Positions 9,195 through 19,436 of a stretch of 64,000 bases of DNA are shown piece by piece (position 1 is the first letter of the stretch; each line of letters starts with the position of its first letter). The DNA lies in contig JAGWVR010000002.1 of NCBI GenBank assembly GCA_018970785.1, positions 1 to 64,000 on the forward strand, written 5' to 3'. Origin of the DNA: Planctomycetota bacterium (GTDB lineage: Bacteria > Planctomycetota > Planctomycetia > Pirellulales > UBA1268). The translations under genes were made by a program, and so were the position numbers. Below the pieces are notes generated by a model. That model did not search any database. It was not told the DNA's origin and saw only the letters and a list, made by a program, of their open reading frames with translations.

Positions 9195-11329
9195 TCGTTC
9201 GTCGCATCGCCGTCCTGCTCCTGGCCGCCGGTTTTGTCGTCGGCGTGGGCCGTGGCGCCGAGCCCGTACGGCGCCCGCTCGAGATCGCCGACCTGTTCCG
9301 GCTCGCGCGCGTCGCCGACCCGCAGATCTCCCCCGACGGCCGGCTGGTCGTCTGGCAGGTGACGACGGTCCATCCCGAGGCCAACGGCTCGTCGGCGGCG
9401 CTGTGGATCGCCCCGGCCGACGGTTCGGCACCGGCACGGCCGCTGACGACGACGGCCGGCACGACCAAGGACACCCGCCCGCGCTGGTCGCCGGACGGCA
9501 CGACGATCCTGTTCCAGTCCGACCGCAGCGGCTCGAGCCAGTTGTGGACCGTGCCCGCGGCGGGGGGAGTGCCGACGCGGCTGACCGGGATCTCGACCGG
9601 TGCCGAGGACGCGGTCTGGTCCCCCGACGGCCGGCGGATCGCGTTCGTGTCCATGGTCCGGCCGGAGTACAGCCAGCTGCCGTTCGCCGAGAGCGACTCG
9701 CTCAACGCGGCGCGCGAGCGGGCGCTGGCGGCCGACCCGGTCAAGGCGCGGACGTTCACGCGGCTCTTCTTCCGCCACTGGGACTCCTTCGTCGAGGACA
9801 AGCGCCGGCACCTGTTCGTGATCGATGCCAGCGGCGCCGGTTGCCGTGACGTCACCCCTGGCGACCGCGACGCGGCGCCGACGAGCAAGACGTTCGCCGT
9901 GGCCGACGACCACTGCTTCAGCCCCGACTCGCGGCACCTCGTGTTCACCGCCGTGCCGGCGACCGGTGAGGCGTGGAGCACCGACCATGACCTGTGCCGC
10001 GTGGCGATCGACGCCCCGACCGTCGACTGGCAGCGGATCACTCCCCCCAACCCTGCCGCCGACAATTCACCTCGCTACAGCCCCGACGGCCGGCGGCTCG
10101 CCTGGCGCGCCCAGCGACGGCCCGGGTACGAGGCCGACAAATGGGACGTCGTCGTCGCCGATGCCAATCCCGACGGCACGCTCGCCGGCCCACCGCGAAA
10201 CCTCACCTCCGCGGTCGACGTTTCGGCCGGCGAGATCGCCTGGGCGAGCGACACCGCGGGGCGGCCAATGGTCGCCTTCCTCCACGAGGTCGACGGCACG
10301 GCGGCACTGGGGCGGGCGTTTCCCGACGGGCGGCCGACCGACGTCGACCGCCGCTGGCCGGGGATGCCGACGGCGTTGTCGACGGCAGGGCGGGGGGCGG
10401 CGCTGTTGGTCACACGGCTCGACGCGCCGGCGGAGGTCTACACCGTCGCCGCGCTCGACGGCGGCACCGAGGTGCCGCGGGTGCCGGTGAGCCGGGCCAA
10501 CGAGGCCCCCCTCGCCGGCCTCGACCTGCGCCGGCCACGCGCCATCCGCGTGCCGGTCGAAGGGGGGGCGACGATGCAGATGTGGATCCTCGAGCCACCG
10601 GGATTCGATGCGGCGAGGAAGTGGCCGGTGGCGTACCTCGTCCACGGCGGACCGCAGGGGGCGTGGGAGGATTCCTGGGGCTGGCGCTGGAACGCCCAGC
10701 TCTGGGCGGCGCGCGGCTACGTGGTCGTGATGCCCAACCCGCGCGGCTCGACCGGATTCGGTCAGGCGTTCGTCGACGAGATCACCGGCGATTGGGGGGG
10801 GAAGTGCTACCGCGATCTCGTCGCCGGCCTCGACGCCACGGTGGCGCTGCCGTTCGTCGATCCCGACCGGATCGCCACCGCCGGAGCGAGCTTCGGCGGC
10901 TACATGATGAATTGGTTCGCGGTCAACGACGTCGCCCCCCGGTTCCGCTGCCTCGTCAGCCACTGCTCGGTCTGGAACTTCGAGAGCATGTGGGGCACGA
11001 CCGACGAATTGTGGTTCGACGAGAACGACCACGGCGGGCTCCCCTGGGAGCAGCCGGGGCGCTACCGCGAGTTCAGCCCGCATGCCCGCGCCGGCGAGCT
11101 GGGGCGGCACAAGACGCCGTTCCTCGTGATCCACAACGACCTCGATTTCCGCTGCCCGATCGGGCAGGGGCACGAGCTGTTCGCGGCGCTGCAGCGCCAG
11201 GGGGTGCCGAGCCGGTTCGTGAACTTCCCCGACGAGGGGCACTGGGTGAACAAGCCGGCCAACGCGTGCCGCTGGCACGAAGAGGTGTTCGGCTGGATCG
11301 AGCGCTGGTGCCCGCCCGGAGGGCGTTGA
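9191..11329 (+). CDS. S9-family serine peptidase (prolyl oligopeptidase / acylaminoacyl-peptidase type) with an N-terminal beta-propeller, 712 aa
   Basis: Signal peptide MIVRRIAVLLLAAGFVVGVG. Propeller-like repeats. Catalytic-triad context GASFGGY (Ser), HNDLDFRCP (Asp) and DEGHWV (His). ATG 9191 overlaps the upstream stop (ATGA). Confidence 0.8.
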   Translation: MIVRRIAVLLLAAGFVVGVGRGAEPVRRPLEIADLFRLARVADPQISPDGRLVVWQVTTVHPEANGSSAALWIAPADGSAPARPLTTTAGTTKDTRPRWSPDGTTILFQSDRSGSSQLWTVPAAGGVPTRLTGISTGAEDAVWSPDGRRIAFVSMVRPEYSQLPFAESDSLNAARERALAADPVKARTFTRLFFRHWDSFVEDKRRHLFVIDASGAGCRDVTPGDRDAAPTSKTFAVADDHCFSPDSRHLVFTAVPATGEAWSTDHDLCRVAIDAPTVDWQRITPPNPAADNSPRYSPDGRRLAWRAQRRPGYEADKWDVVVADANPDGTLAGPPRNLTSAVDVSAGEIAWASDTAGRPMVAFLHEVDGTAALGRAFPDGRPTDVDRRWPGMPTALSTAGRGAALLVTRLDAPAEVYTVAALDGGTEVPRVPVSRANEAPLAGLDLRRPRAIRVPVEGGATMQMWILEPPGFDAARKWPVAYLVHGGPQGAWEDSWGWRWNAQLWAARGYVVVMPNPRGSTGFGQAFVDEITGDWGGKCYRDLVAGLDATVALPFVDPDRIATAGASFGGYMMNWFAVNDVAPRFRCLVSHCSVWNFESMWGTTDELWFDENDHGGLPWEQPGRYREFSPHARAGELGRHKTPFLVIHNDLDFRCPIGQGHELFAALQRQGVPSRFVNFPDEGHWVNKPANACRWHEEVFGWIERWCPPGGR

Positions 11330-11350
11330 ACGGCCGGCAAACCGGCGGTT

Positions 11351-12472
11351 TCACGGCCGCGGCGCCGCGCCAGGTGCCTTGCTACCTGGCCGTGGCACGA
11401 GCCGATCGCGGGCGAGGATCGACGTCCTCTCCACACACCAGTAGAAGACGGTCGCCACACCGGCGATCAACGCGATCCAGACGACGAACATCACCGGGTC
11501 CGGCACCTGGGGAAACCGCGTCCGCAGCATCCGTCCGATGTGGATCACCAGGCCGTGGGTGAGGTAGGTGCTGTACGACGCCATCGCGATCGCACGCGTC
11601 AGCCACGCGGTCGCGAACGGTAGCGGCGGACGGTCGGCGACCGCGACGAGCAGAGGCGCGCACCCACAGGCCATCGCGAACGGAACCCAGGGCTGCCACG
11701 CCGGCCCCGCCAGCGCCATGACACAGGCGATCGTGAGCGGGATTGGCCAGATCCTCCCGCACACGCCGCGAGCCCGCCTCCAGAGTGGCTCACGGAAGAC
11801 CCGCACCCAGCTGGCGAGCACCCCCATCGCGATCCCGCCGAACCAGAGGTGCGTCGCCGACTTGCAGGACTGCCAACCGGACCAGCGGCTCACCGCGCCG
11901 TCGATCAGTGGCATTGCCGCCGCCGCCAGGCAGGTCGCGACGAGCACCGGCCCGATCACCTGCCGGCGTCTCGCCAGCCAGCCCAGCCCGAGCACCATCG
12001 CCACGTAGGCGTGCTCCTCGACGCACAGCGACCAGCTCGCCTGGAAAAACGGCAGTCGCGTCCGGTAGTTCTGCCCGAACCAGAGGTACGTCGGATCGAA
12101 CGGATCGCGGCGGGCGATCCACACGGCGGCGTACACGGCCACGAGCGCGACGAAATACGGCGGCATCGTCCTGATCGCGCGCCGCAACCAGAAGGTGAGC
12201 GATTCGACATGGCCGCGCTGCTGCAACTCGCGGAAATAGAGGCCGCCGATGAGGAAACCACTGAGCACGAAGAACAAGTCCACGCCGTGAGAGCCAAGGC
12301 CGGCGAAACGCTGGACGATGGGCTGCTTGACCGGCCACATGCCCACCACGTGGTACACCACCACCAGCACGATCGCCGCCGCCCGGAGCAGGTCGAGATT
12401 CGCGTCGCGCGGTACGGAGGGCGCCCCGTGGCTGGCAGGCGACGCCGACGGCAGGGGGGTGAACGAAGTCAT
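11351..12472 (-). CDS. Acyltransferase family 3 (OafA/YrhL-type) membrane protein, 373 aa
   Basis: LDLLRAAAIVLVVVYH motif and multiple TM helices typical of acyltransferase_3. Confidence 0.7.
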   Translation of the reverse strand: MTSFTPLPSASPASHGAPSVPRDANLDLLRAAAIVLVVVYHVVGMWPVKQPIVQRFAGLGSHGVDLFFVLSGFLIGGLYFRELQQRGHVESLTFWLRRAIRTMPPYFVALVAVYAAVWIARRDPFDPTYLWFGQNYRTRLPFFQASWSLCVEEHAYVAMVLGLGWLARRRQVIGPVLVATCLAAAAMPLIDGAVSRWSGWQSCKSATHLWFGGIAMGVLASWVRVFREPLWRRARGVCGRIWPIPLTIACVMALAGPAWQPWVPFAMACGCAPLLVAVADRPPLPFATAWLTRAIAMASYSTYLTHGLVIHIGRMLRTRFPQVPDPVMFVVWIALIAGVATVFYWCVERTSILARDRLVPRPGSKAPGAAPRP

Positions 12473-12621
12473 TCCGGGAAACCGTCGCCGGCGGCGGTCG
12501 CCGCACGATCAGGGAAACTCGTCCACCGGGATGATCGCGATCGTCACGGCTAGTCCGTCAGCCTCCTGATCGCCGACCCCTCCAAAGCGATCGGTGCAGG
12601 ATCAGGCACCTCCGCCCTCGC

Positions 12622-13977
12622 TCACCCGATGTTGATCCGCCCCGTGCTGTCGCCAAGCCGTTCGGCATGGCAGCCGACGGCGTCGAGCATGCCGAGGAAC
12701 AGGTTGGTCAGCGGCGTGTCGGTCGGGTGGACGACGTGGACCCCCTGCTTGACCGCTCCCCCGGCGCCGCCGGCGAGGAGGATCGGCAGGTCGTTGTGGT
12801 TGTGGCGGTTGCCGTCGCCGATGCCGCTGCCGTAGAGCAGCATCGAGTGATCGAGGAGCGTGCCGTCCCCTTCCTGAACCGCGTCGAGCCGCCGCAGCAG
12901 GTAGGCGAGCTGCTCGACGTGGAAGTAGTTGATCCGCCGGATCTTGTCCTGCTTGCCGGGATCGTTGCCGTGGTGGGAGAGGTCGTGGTGCCCCTCGGGC
13001 ACGCCCATGAAGGCGTAGCTGCGGTTACTCCCCTCGTTGGCGAACACGAACGTCGACACGCGCGTGGCGTCGGTCTGGAACGACAGCACCAAGAGGTCGC
13101 CGAGGAGGCGGATGTGGTCCTGGTAGCTGTCGGGAATGCCTTCGGGTCGGGCCATCCCCAGCGCCGTCTCGCTCGCCGCGCTGGCGGCCGCCTCGATCCG
13201 CCGCTCGACCTCGCGGACGGCGCTGAAATACTCGTCGAGCTTGCGCCGGTCGGCCCCGCCGACGCGGCGTTCGAGGGCCTTGGCCTCGTCCTGGACGAAG
13301 TCGAGGATCGAGAGCTCGTGCTGCTCGCGCCGGGCGCGGGCCTCGGCCGACTCGCCGGGGCGGCCGCCGGCGAACAGGCGCTCGAAGATCAACCGCGGGT
13401 TGCTCTCCTTGGGCACCGACTGCGTCTCGTTGCGCCAGGCGATGTTGGCGGAGTAGACGCAGCTGTAGCCGGAGTCACAGCTCCCCGACTGACCGCCCCC
13501 CTCGGTGCCGATCTCGAGCGACGGGAAGCGCGTCCGCTTGCCGAGATGGTGGGCGGCGAGCTGATCGACCGAGACGCCGGCGCGGATGTCGGCGCCGGCG
13601 GTCTTGCGGGCCTGCGTGCCGGTGAGGAACGTCGCCAGGGCGCGGGCGTGGTCGCCGGGGCCGTCGCCGTTGGCCTTGGCCTTGTCGTGAGCCAGACCGG
13701 TGTGGATCGAGAACTTCCCCCGCAGGTCGGAAAGCGGCTCGAGGATGCACGACAGGGGAAAGTCGCCCCCCGTCGTCGCCGGGGTCCAGTCCTGCATGTG
13801 GACGCCGTTGGGGACGTAGAGAAACGCCATCCGCACGGGGGCCGCGGCACCGGCAGCCGCTGCCGAGACTGGCCGCATGCAGTCGAGGAGGGGGAGGGCG
13901 AGCGACGTCCCCAGGCCGCGGAGCACCGTTCGACGGGACAGGACCGGGAGGCTCATGGCAGGACTCCGGCGGGACAC
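12622..13977 (-). CDS. DUF1501 family protein (sulfatase-like fold, Tat signal), 451 aa
   Basis: Twin-arginine motif SRRTVLRGLG near the N-terminus (alternative start MSLPV at 13956). Typical DUF1501 length and composition. Sits downstream of a DUF1549/DUF1553 gene, the classic Planctomycetes pairing. Confidence 0.7.
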   Translation of the reverse strand: MSRRSPAMSLPVLSRRTVLRGLGTSLALPLLDCMRPVSAAAAGAAAPVRMAFLYVPNGVHMQDWTPATTGGDFPLSCILEPLSDLRGKFSIHTGLAHDKAKANGDGPGDHARALATFLTGTQARKTAGADIRAGVSVDQLAAHHLGKRTRFPSLEIGTEGGGQSGSCDSGYSCVYSANIAWRNETQSVPKESNPRLIFERLFAGGRPGESAEARARREQHELSILDFVQDEAKALERRVGGADRRKLDEYFSAVREVERRIEAAASAASETALGMARPEGIPDSYQDHIRLLGDLLVLSFQTDATRVSTFVFANEGSNRSYAFMGVPEGHHDLSHHGNDPGKQDKIRRINYFHVEQLAYLLRRLDAVQEGDGTLLDHSMLLYGSGIGDGNRHNHNDLPILLAGGAGGAVKQGVHVVHPTDTPLTNLFLGMLDAVGCHAERLGDSTGRINIG

Positions 13978-14030
13978 GGGCAGGGGAACGGGCAGCGGGG
14001 GAAGTCTACCAGCCTCCGCTCACCGATTCC

Positions 14031-16307
14031 TCATCGGCTCTCCACCCCTTCACGCTGGCGGAAAGCGGGGCTGGTGACGATTTCGGCGACCAGGGCCGAG
14101 AACCGGTCGCCGCCGGCGGCGGTCCCGGCGGCGATCCGCTCGACGGCACAGGCGTCGTACCACTCGAGACCCCGGCCGAGGGCGTAGGTGAGGAGTTTCT
14201 CGGCCAGGCAGCGGCGGAACTCGTCCTGCCGGGCGAGGAGGATCCCACGCAGCTCTGCCGGACCGGTGAACCGGCTGCCGTCGGGGGTTTCACCGCCGGC
14301 GTCGATTGCCGCCCCGGCGTCTTCGGTGCGCCAGTGTCCGATGGCGTCGTAGTTCTCGAGGCCGAAGCCGAGCGGGTCCATGAGCTTGTGGCACGACGCG
14401 CAGGACGGATCGGCGCGGTGCTGCTCCATCCGCTGGCGGAGCGTGCCGGTGAGCTGGGCGCCGGCGTCCTTGAGCTCAGGGACGTTCGGCGGCGGCGCCG
14501 GCGGGGGCGCGGCGAACAGGTTCTCGAGGATCCACTTGCCGCGCTTCACGGGGCTGGTGCGCGTCGGGTTGCTGGTGACTGCGAGGATGCTCGCCTGGCC
14601 GAGGAGTCCCCCGCGCGTGCCCCGGTCGACGGCCACCGTGCGAAACTCCCCTCCGGCGATCCCCTCGATGCCGTAGTGCCGCGCGAGCCTGTCGTCGAGG
14701 ATCGACCAGTCAGCGTCGAGGAACTCGACCACGCTCCGGTCTTCGCGGACGATCCGCCAGAAAAACTCCTCCGTCTCGCGGCGCATCGAGCGCCGCAGGT
14801 CGTCGTCGAACCCCGGAAAGCGGACGCGGTCGGGGGAAAACGTGTCGAGGGAGCGCAGCTGGAGCCACTGCCCGGCGAAGTTGTCGACCAGGGCCCGGGC
14901 CTTGTCGTCGGCGAGCATCCGCCGCGCCTGGGCGACGAGCTGCTCGGGCGTGTGAACCTCGCCGCGGTGGGCCGCCGCGAGGAGCTCGCGGTCGGGCATG
15001 CTGCTCCACAGGAAGTACGACAGCCGGCTGGCCAGCTCGTAGTCGTCGAGGTCGCGCACCGCGCCCGGCGGCGGATCCTTCTCGACGCGGAACAGGAACG
15101 ACGGGCTGACGAGGATCGCCGACAGGGCCACCTGCATCGCCCGCTCGATCGATTCGCCGCGGTCGCGGGCGCCGTCGTAGACCGCCACGATCCGCTCCAA
15201 TTCCCCCTCCGCGGCCGGCCGCCGGTAGGCCCGCGACACGACCGGGAGGAGGATCTTCCGCGCCTGCTCGCGCTGCGCGTCGCGATCGGCGGCGGGATCG
15301 ACCGGCACGCTGAAGAACCGGCGGTGGGGCTCGGGGAGTGGATCGGGAAGGGTGCCGATCGGACCGATGACGGTGATCGCGCCGACGTGGAGGTTGCGGT
15401 CGCGGCGGCGCGGGTCGGGGGCCTCGGGGTTGTAGTAGTCGTTGAGGAACGCGGCGGCGACACGGTGCTCGCCCCCTCCGACACGCCGCGTCACCTCGTA
15501 GTCGCGCGGCTTCCGCGCCGTGGCCCGGACCTCGAACGTCTCGACATCGCCGCCGTCGAGGCGGAGGGCCATCTTCACCGGTTCGTCGCCGGCCTGGTCC
15601 CCCCAGGCGTGGACGCGGAGGATGTAGTCTCCCGTGCCGTCGAAGCGCAGCGTCTCGCCGATCTCGCCGTGCGAGGGAAGCACGCCCCCCTTCGCCGTCT
15701 GCTGGGGCGCCGCGTCGACGTCGCCCGAGGCGATCGATGCCTTGGCGACGCGCTCCGCCGCCTGCAGCGCCCGCTCGAGGAGGACGGGGGGCATCGAAAG
15801 GACGTCGCCGATGCTGTCGAAGCCGTAGCCGACGTCGTCGCTGGGAAACTCGGCGGCGGGGTGGATGTCGATGCCGAGCAGGTCGCGGATCGTGTTGTCG
15901 TACTCGGCGCGGTTGAGCCGGCGGAGCGTGACCCGGCCGGGGCGCTCGCCGCGCGAGCAGTCGGGGCGGAGCGCCGCCTCGCGGATCCAGGTTTCGAGAA
16001 GCGCCCGCTCGTCGGCGGTCGGCTGCGCCGCGTCGGCCGGCGGCATCACGCCCCCCTGCAGTTGCCGGAGAACCTTCTGCCACGCCCCCCGGTCGGTCGA
16101 GTTGGCCAGTTCGGACCGCCTGGTGTCGAGTTGCATCCCGCCGTCGGCGTTGTCACCGGTGTGGCAGTCGAAGCAGTACCGCTCGAGGAGCGGGCGGACG
16201 GTGGCGAAGTCGGGGGAATCACCCCGTCCCCGGACCGGGACGACGAAGGCGAGGGCGACGAGGGCACACCGCACCGCGGTCGATCGGCCCGCCGGCTGCC
16301 GGGGCAT
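14031..16307 (-). CDS. PSCyt (CxxCH) + DUF1549 + DUF1553 domain protein, 758 aa
   Basis: Signal peptide. Haem-binding motif CFDCH at the N-terminus. Typical DUF1549/DUF1553 architecture and length, paired with DUF1501 downstream. Confidence 0.7.
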   Translation of the reverse strand: MPRQPAGRSTAVRCALVALAFVVPVRGRGDSPDFATVRPLLERYCFDCHTGDNADGGMQLDTRRSELANSTDRGAWQKVLRQLQGGVMPPADAAQPTADERALLETWIREAALRPDCSRGERPGRVTLRRLNRAEYDNTIRDLLGIDIHPAAEFPSDDVGYGFDSIGDVLSMPPVLLERALQAAERVAKASIASGDVDAAPQQTAKGGVLPSHGEIGETLRFDGTGDYILRVHAWGDQAGDEPVKMALRLDGGDVETFEVRATARKPRDYEVTRRVGGGEHRVAAAFLNDYYNPEAPDPRRRDRNLHVGAITVIGPIGTLPDPLPEPHRRFFSVPVDPAADRDAQREQARKILLPVVSRAYRRPAAEGELERIVAVYDGARDRGESIERAMQVALSAILVSPSFLFRVEKDPPPGAVRDLDDYELASRLSYFLWSSMPDRELLAAAHRGEVHTPEQLVAQARRMLADDKARALVDNFAGQWLQLRSLDTFSPDRVRFPGFDDDLRRSMRRETEEFFWRIVREDRSVVEFLDADWSILDDRLARHYGIEGIAGGEFRTVAVDRGTRGGLLGQASILAVTSNPTRTSPVKRGKWILENLFAAPPPAPPPNVPELKDAGAQLTGTLRQRMEQHRADPSCASCHKLMDPLGFGLENYDAIGHWRTEDAGAAIDAGGETPDGSRFTGPAELRGILLARQDEFRRCLAEKLLTYALGRGLEWYDACAVERIAAGTAAGGDRFSALVAEIVTSPAFRQREGVESR

Positions 16308-16358
16308 GGGGGTGTTCCTGCGGCACGATCCGCCACGGCCATCCCGCGGCGTCCGTCC

Positions 16359-18461
16359 TCATTCTAGCTCCAGGGCGGCGACGAACTCCTCCAATTCGCG
16401 CCGTGCCGTCGCCGCCTGCTCGGCGAACCGGGCGATCTCGCCGCGCAGCGTCTCGATCCTCGTCTCCTGCTCCTCGAACTTCTTGACGTAGCGGACATAC
16501 AGCTCGCTGCCGCGCTCGAGCCGTTCCATGTTGCCGCGGATCCGTGCCTGCTCCTCGCCGATCGCGGCGATCTCCTGCTGGCGCGACTGCTGCTGGCGGT
16601 CGAGTTCGGCGAGCGCCTGGCGGCGGCGGATCACCTCCGCGAGCGCCTCGCGGATCCGGGGCGACGTCTTCGCGGCCCGGGCGTAGACCAGCAGCAGGTC
16701 CTCGCCGAGGCCGGTCACGGCGAAGCTTTCCTCGAGCGGCATCTCCTCGACGACCGTCAGCCCCGTCGTCCCCGCCGCGGGGACGGCGACGGCGAAGCGC
16801 TGGCGGTCGCGGGTCGTCTCGGCGGGGCGCGGGGAGACGACGTTCCAGCCGGTCTCCAGCGGATGCTCGACGAGGAGGTTCACCGGTTCGGCGCCGTCGT
16901 TGGTGATCGCGAACGATTTCGCCCGCGCCAGTTTCCGCGTCACCGCCAGCGTGCCGCGGACCAGCCTGACGCGCGTGATCTCCTCCGGGCGCCCCTCGAG
17001 GCGGGGCGCGACCTCGACGTCGAGCGCGACGGCGTAGCTGAGGAGCCGCTCGGCGCCGGCGGCGAGGTCGTCGATCCGCGCGTCGCCGGCGTAGGCGGCC
17101 TGGTCGTAGACCGTGATCGGGCCCTGCATCAGGTCGAGCGCGGTGGTGTTCTTCAGCCGGACCCCGGCCAGCGGATGCTTCGCAAGCACACGCTCGTCGT
17201 AGATCGCCAGCCGTTCGACGGCCACCTCCTCGGCGACGATCGGCACCAGCGCCGACCGCTGCCGCTGGAGCGACACCGGCTCCGCGATCCGGTAGCGGAA
17301 CAGGTTCCCGAGGCTCTCACCGTCGGCCACGCCCTGGACCGAGCCGATGCCGTCGAAGTCGGGAACCGGTGCCGAGGCCGTGACGTAGCCCCCCAGGCCT
17401 CCCATCGCCCGGGCCGCCGGGGCTGCGGGGGCGGCATCGGCCAATTCGGATCGGCGCAGCTGCCGGCCCGCCTTCCGCTCGAGTTGCTCTACCTCAGGGG
17501 CGTCGGCGGCGAGGTTGCGGCCGTAGAGCTGCGGCGCGAGCGCCGTGGAGAGCTCCGGCTGCACGATCGGGCGGCGCAGGAACAGCGGCTGGTAGAGGTC
17601 CATCACGAACGAGATCGGCCGGCCACTGACCAGCTCGACGCGGACGTCCTTCCAGTCGTGGTCGGTGGTGTTCTCGACGATCGCCCAGCCCTGGAGGAGT
17701 GCCTTGGCGGCCGGGGCCTCGCGCTCGGTGCCGGCGGCACGCTTGCCGTCGCCCCCCTCGCCGAGGACGAGGCGGTAGCTCGTCTTCCACACCGGTGCCT
17801 CGTGGACGTAGCCGACGCGCACGCGCCGCGCGCCCTGGCCGCGGAACGACACCTGCACGCTCTTGCGCTCGTTGTCGTGCGATAGCGCCAGCACGGCCAG
17901 CGCTTTCTCCAACTCCGCCTGGAGCCGCGGGTCGACGAGCTTGATCCGCGTGATGCCCTCCAGCGCCACGGTGCGCAGGCCGTCCTGGGCGAGGATCGTG
18001 AGGAACTCCTTCTCGGCCACGGTGCCCTCGGCGTCGGTCGTCTTCCGCACCTCGACGCCGACGATCGTGCCGGCAGCCGGCGCCGCGGCGTCGATCTCGA
18101 CCATCTCGCCGCGGAGGCGCGACAGCAGCTTGCCGATCGACGGCTGGTCGGTGAGGTCGACGGCGAACGTGCCGAGCGTCTTGATGACCGGGTCGCGCGA
18201 GGCGTAGCTCACCGCGGCGGGCGTACCGCCGTCGAGATCCTCGAGGACGAGGCTCTTGAGAAGGTCGTTGATGCCGTCGGCCTTGAAGCTCATCTCGACC
18301 GTCGCGTCGCCGTCGACCCGGCCGGCGTGCTGGAAATGACCGACCCCAGAGGTGAACAGGACGATTCGCTCGACGGGCAGTTCCACCTCGGCGGCGGCCG
18401 CCGGGACGGCGAGGAGGGCGAGGCAGGAGCCGACCGCGAGCCGGCAGGCACGGGCGCGCAT
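16359..18461 (-). CDS. DUF4139-like secreted protein (TIGR02231-type), 700 aa, with a C-terminal coiled coil
   Basis: Signal peptide MRARACRLAVGSCLALLAVPAAAA. Motif WAIVENTTDHDWKDVRVELVSGRPISFVMDLYQPLF resembles the DUF4139 core. C-terminal heptad-rich segment. 51-nt gap to the downstream PSCyt/DUF1553 gene. Confidence 0.5.
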   Translation of the reverse strand: MRARACRLAVGSCLALLAVPAAAAEVELPVERIVLFTSGVGHFQHAGRVDGDATVEMSFKADGINDLLKSLVLEDLDGGTPAAVSYASRDPVIKTLGTFAVDLTDQPSIGKLLSRLRGEMVEIDAAAPAAGTIVGVEVRKTTDAEGTVAEKEFLTILAQDGLRTVALEGITRIKLVDPRLQAELEKALAVLALSHDNERKSVQVSFRGQGARRVRVGYVHEAPVWKTSYRLVLGEGGDGKRAAGTEREAPAAKALLQGWAIVENTTDHDWKDVRVELVSGRPISFVMDLYQPLFLRRPIVQPELSTALAPQLYGRNLAADAPEVEQLERKAGRQLRRSELADAAPAAPAARAMGGLGGYVTASAPVPDFDGIGSVQGVADGESLGNLFRYRIAEPVSLQRQRSALVPIVAEEVAVERLAIYDERVLAKHPLAGVRLKNTTALDLMQGPITVYDQAAYAGDARIDDLAAGAERLLSYAVALDVEVAPRLEGRPEEITRVRLVRGTLAVTRKLARAKSFAITNDGAEPVNLLVEHPLETGWNVVSPRPAETTRDRQRFAVAVPAAGTTGLTVVEEMPLEESFAVTGLGEDLLLVYARAAKTSPRIREALAEVIRRRQALAELDRQQQSRQQEIAAIGEEQARIRGNMERLERGSELYVRYVKKFEEQETRIETLRGEIARFAEQAATARRELEEFVAALELE

Positions 18462-18644
18462 GATGGTTCTCCAAACCGGTGCAGGGAACCCCGAAGTCTA
18501 GGACGGGAATCGGGCCGGTGCGTTCCGCACCGCCGCCGGTTTCGCGGCGCGGGGCGGCCGGGATGGGGTTTTCCGCCCCACCGGGCTATCCTCCCCCGCC
18601 GCGGGGACTGTGACCATTCCCGGGTCCGCGACGAGGAGCATCCG

Positions 18645-19436
18645 ATGGCCAAGGTCTATTACGTCGGCGACTGGGCCGTCCTCACCGGCCCATGGTTCGC
18701 CGAAAGCCCCTTCCAGAACGCGATGAAGGGGGTCGAGATCTTCAACTACGGCACCTGGCTCAAGGAGGCCCTCGAAGCCGGCGGACACACCGTCGCGAGC
18801 GTGCCGTCGTGGGACTTCTACAAACTCCCCCCCGGGGCGTACGAAAGGATCCTCGCCGACCACGACGTCATCGTGTTCAGCGACGTCGAGGGGAAGCTGT
18901 TCCAGCTGGCGCCCCACTTCTTCGACCGGGAGAAGTTCGGCAGGGCGGTGCTCACGTTCCCCGACCGGATGCGGCTGACGATCGAGGCGGTCCGCGCGGG
19001 GAAGGGATTGATGCTCCTCGGCGGTTGGTACTCGTTCACCGGCGAGCAGGGAAAGGGGGGCTGGGGGCGGACGCTGCTCAAGGACGTGATGCCGGTGACC
19101 TGCCTCGACCACGAGGACCTCGTCGAGAGCACCGAGGGCTACCACCCGCGGGCGACGGCGGCGGGCACGCGGCGCTTCGCCGGCATCGACCTCGACAGCT
19201 GCCCGCCGATCCTCGGCTACAACCAGGTCCGGGTGAAGCCCACCGCCGAGCGGCTCATCGACCTCGCCGAGACCGGCGATCCGCTGCTCGTCCTCGGGCG
19301 CGAAGGGGCGGGGCGGATCCTCTGCTACACCTCCGACCCGGCGCCCCACTGGGGCTGCAACATCGTCTTCTGGGAGCACTACGCCCGCTTCTTTTCGCGG
19401 GCGCTGGAACTGGTCGTGCCAGGCGCGGGGACGTAG
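18645..19436 (+). CDS. Class I glutamine-amidotransferase-like (ThuA/DJ-1-like fold) protein, 263 aa
   Basis: The real start MAKVYYVGDW at 18645 has GAGGAG 7 nt upstream; the preceding 106 residues of ORF 18327..19436 are low-complexity. Motifs VIVFSDVEG and LMLLGGWYSFTGEQG recall ThuA-like amidotransferase folds. Confidence 0.4.
   Translation: MAKVYYVGDWAVLTGPWFAESPFQNAMKGVEIFNYGTWLKEALEAGGHTVASVPSWDFYKLPPGAYERILADHDVIVFSDVEGKLFQLAPHFFDREKFGRAVLTFPDRMRLTIEAVRAGKGLMLLGGWYSFTGEQGKGGWGRTLLKDVMPVTCLDHEDLVESTEGYHPRATAAGTRRFAGIDLDSCPPILGYNQVRVKPTAERLIDLAETGDPLLVLGREGAGRILCYTSDPAPHWGCNIVFWEHYARFFSRALELVVPGAGT

Noticed and set aside
7635-9437. 600-aa minus-strand ORF and similar antisense ORFs (9038..9988, 9121..10065, 10067..11278)
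   Set aside because: Arg-rich low-complexity antisense translations of the membrane-protein and S9 peptidase genes, with no motifs and wrong codon bias.
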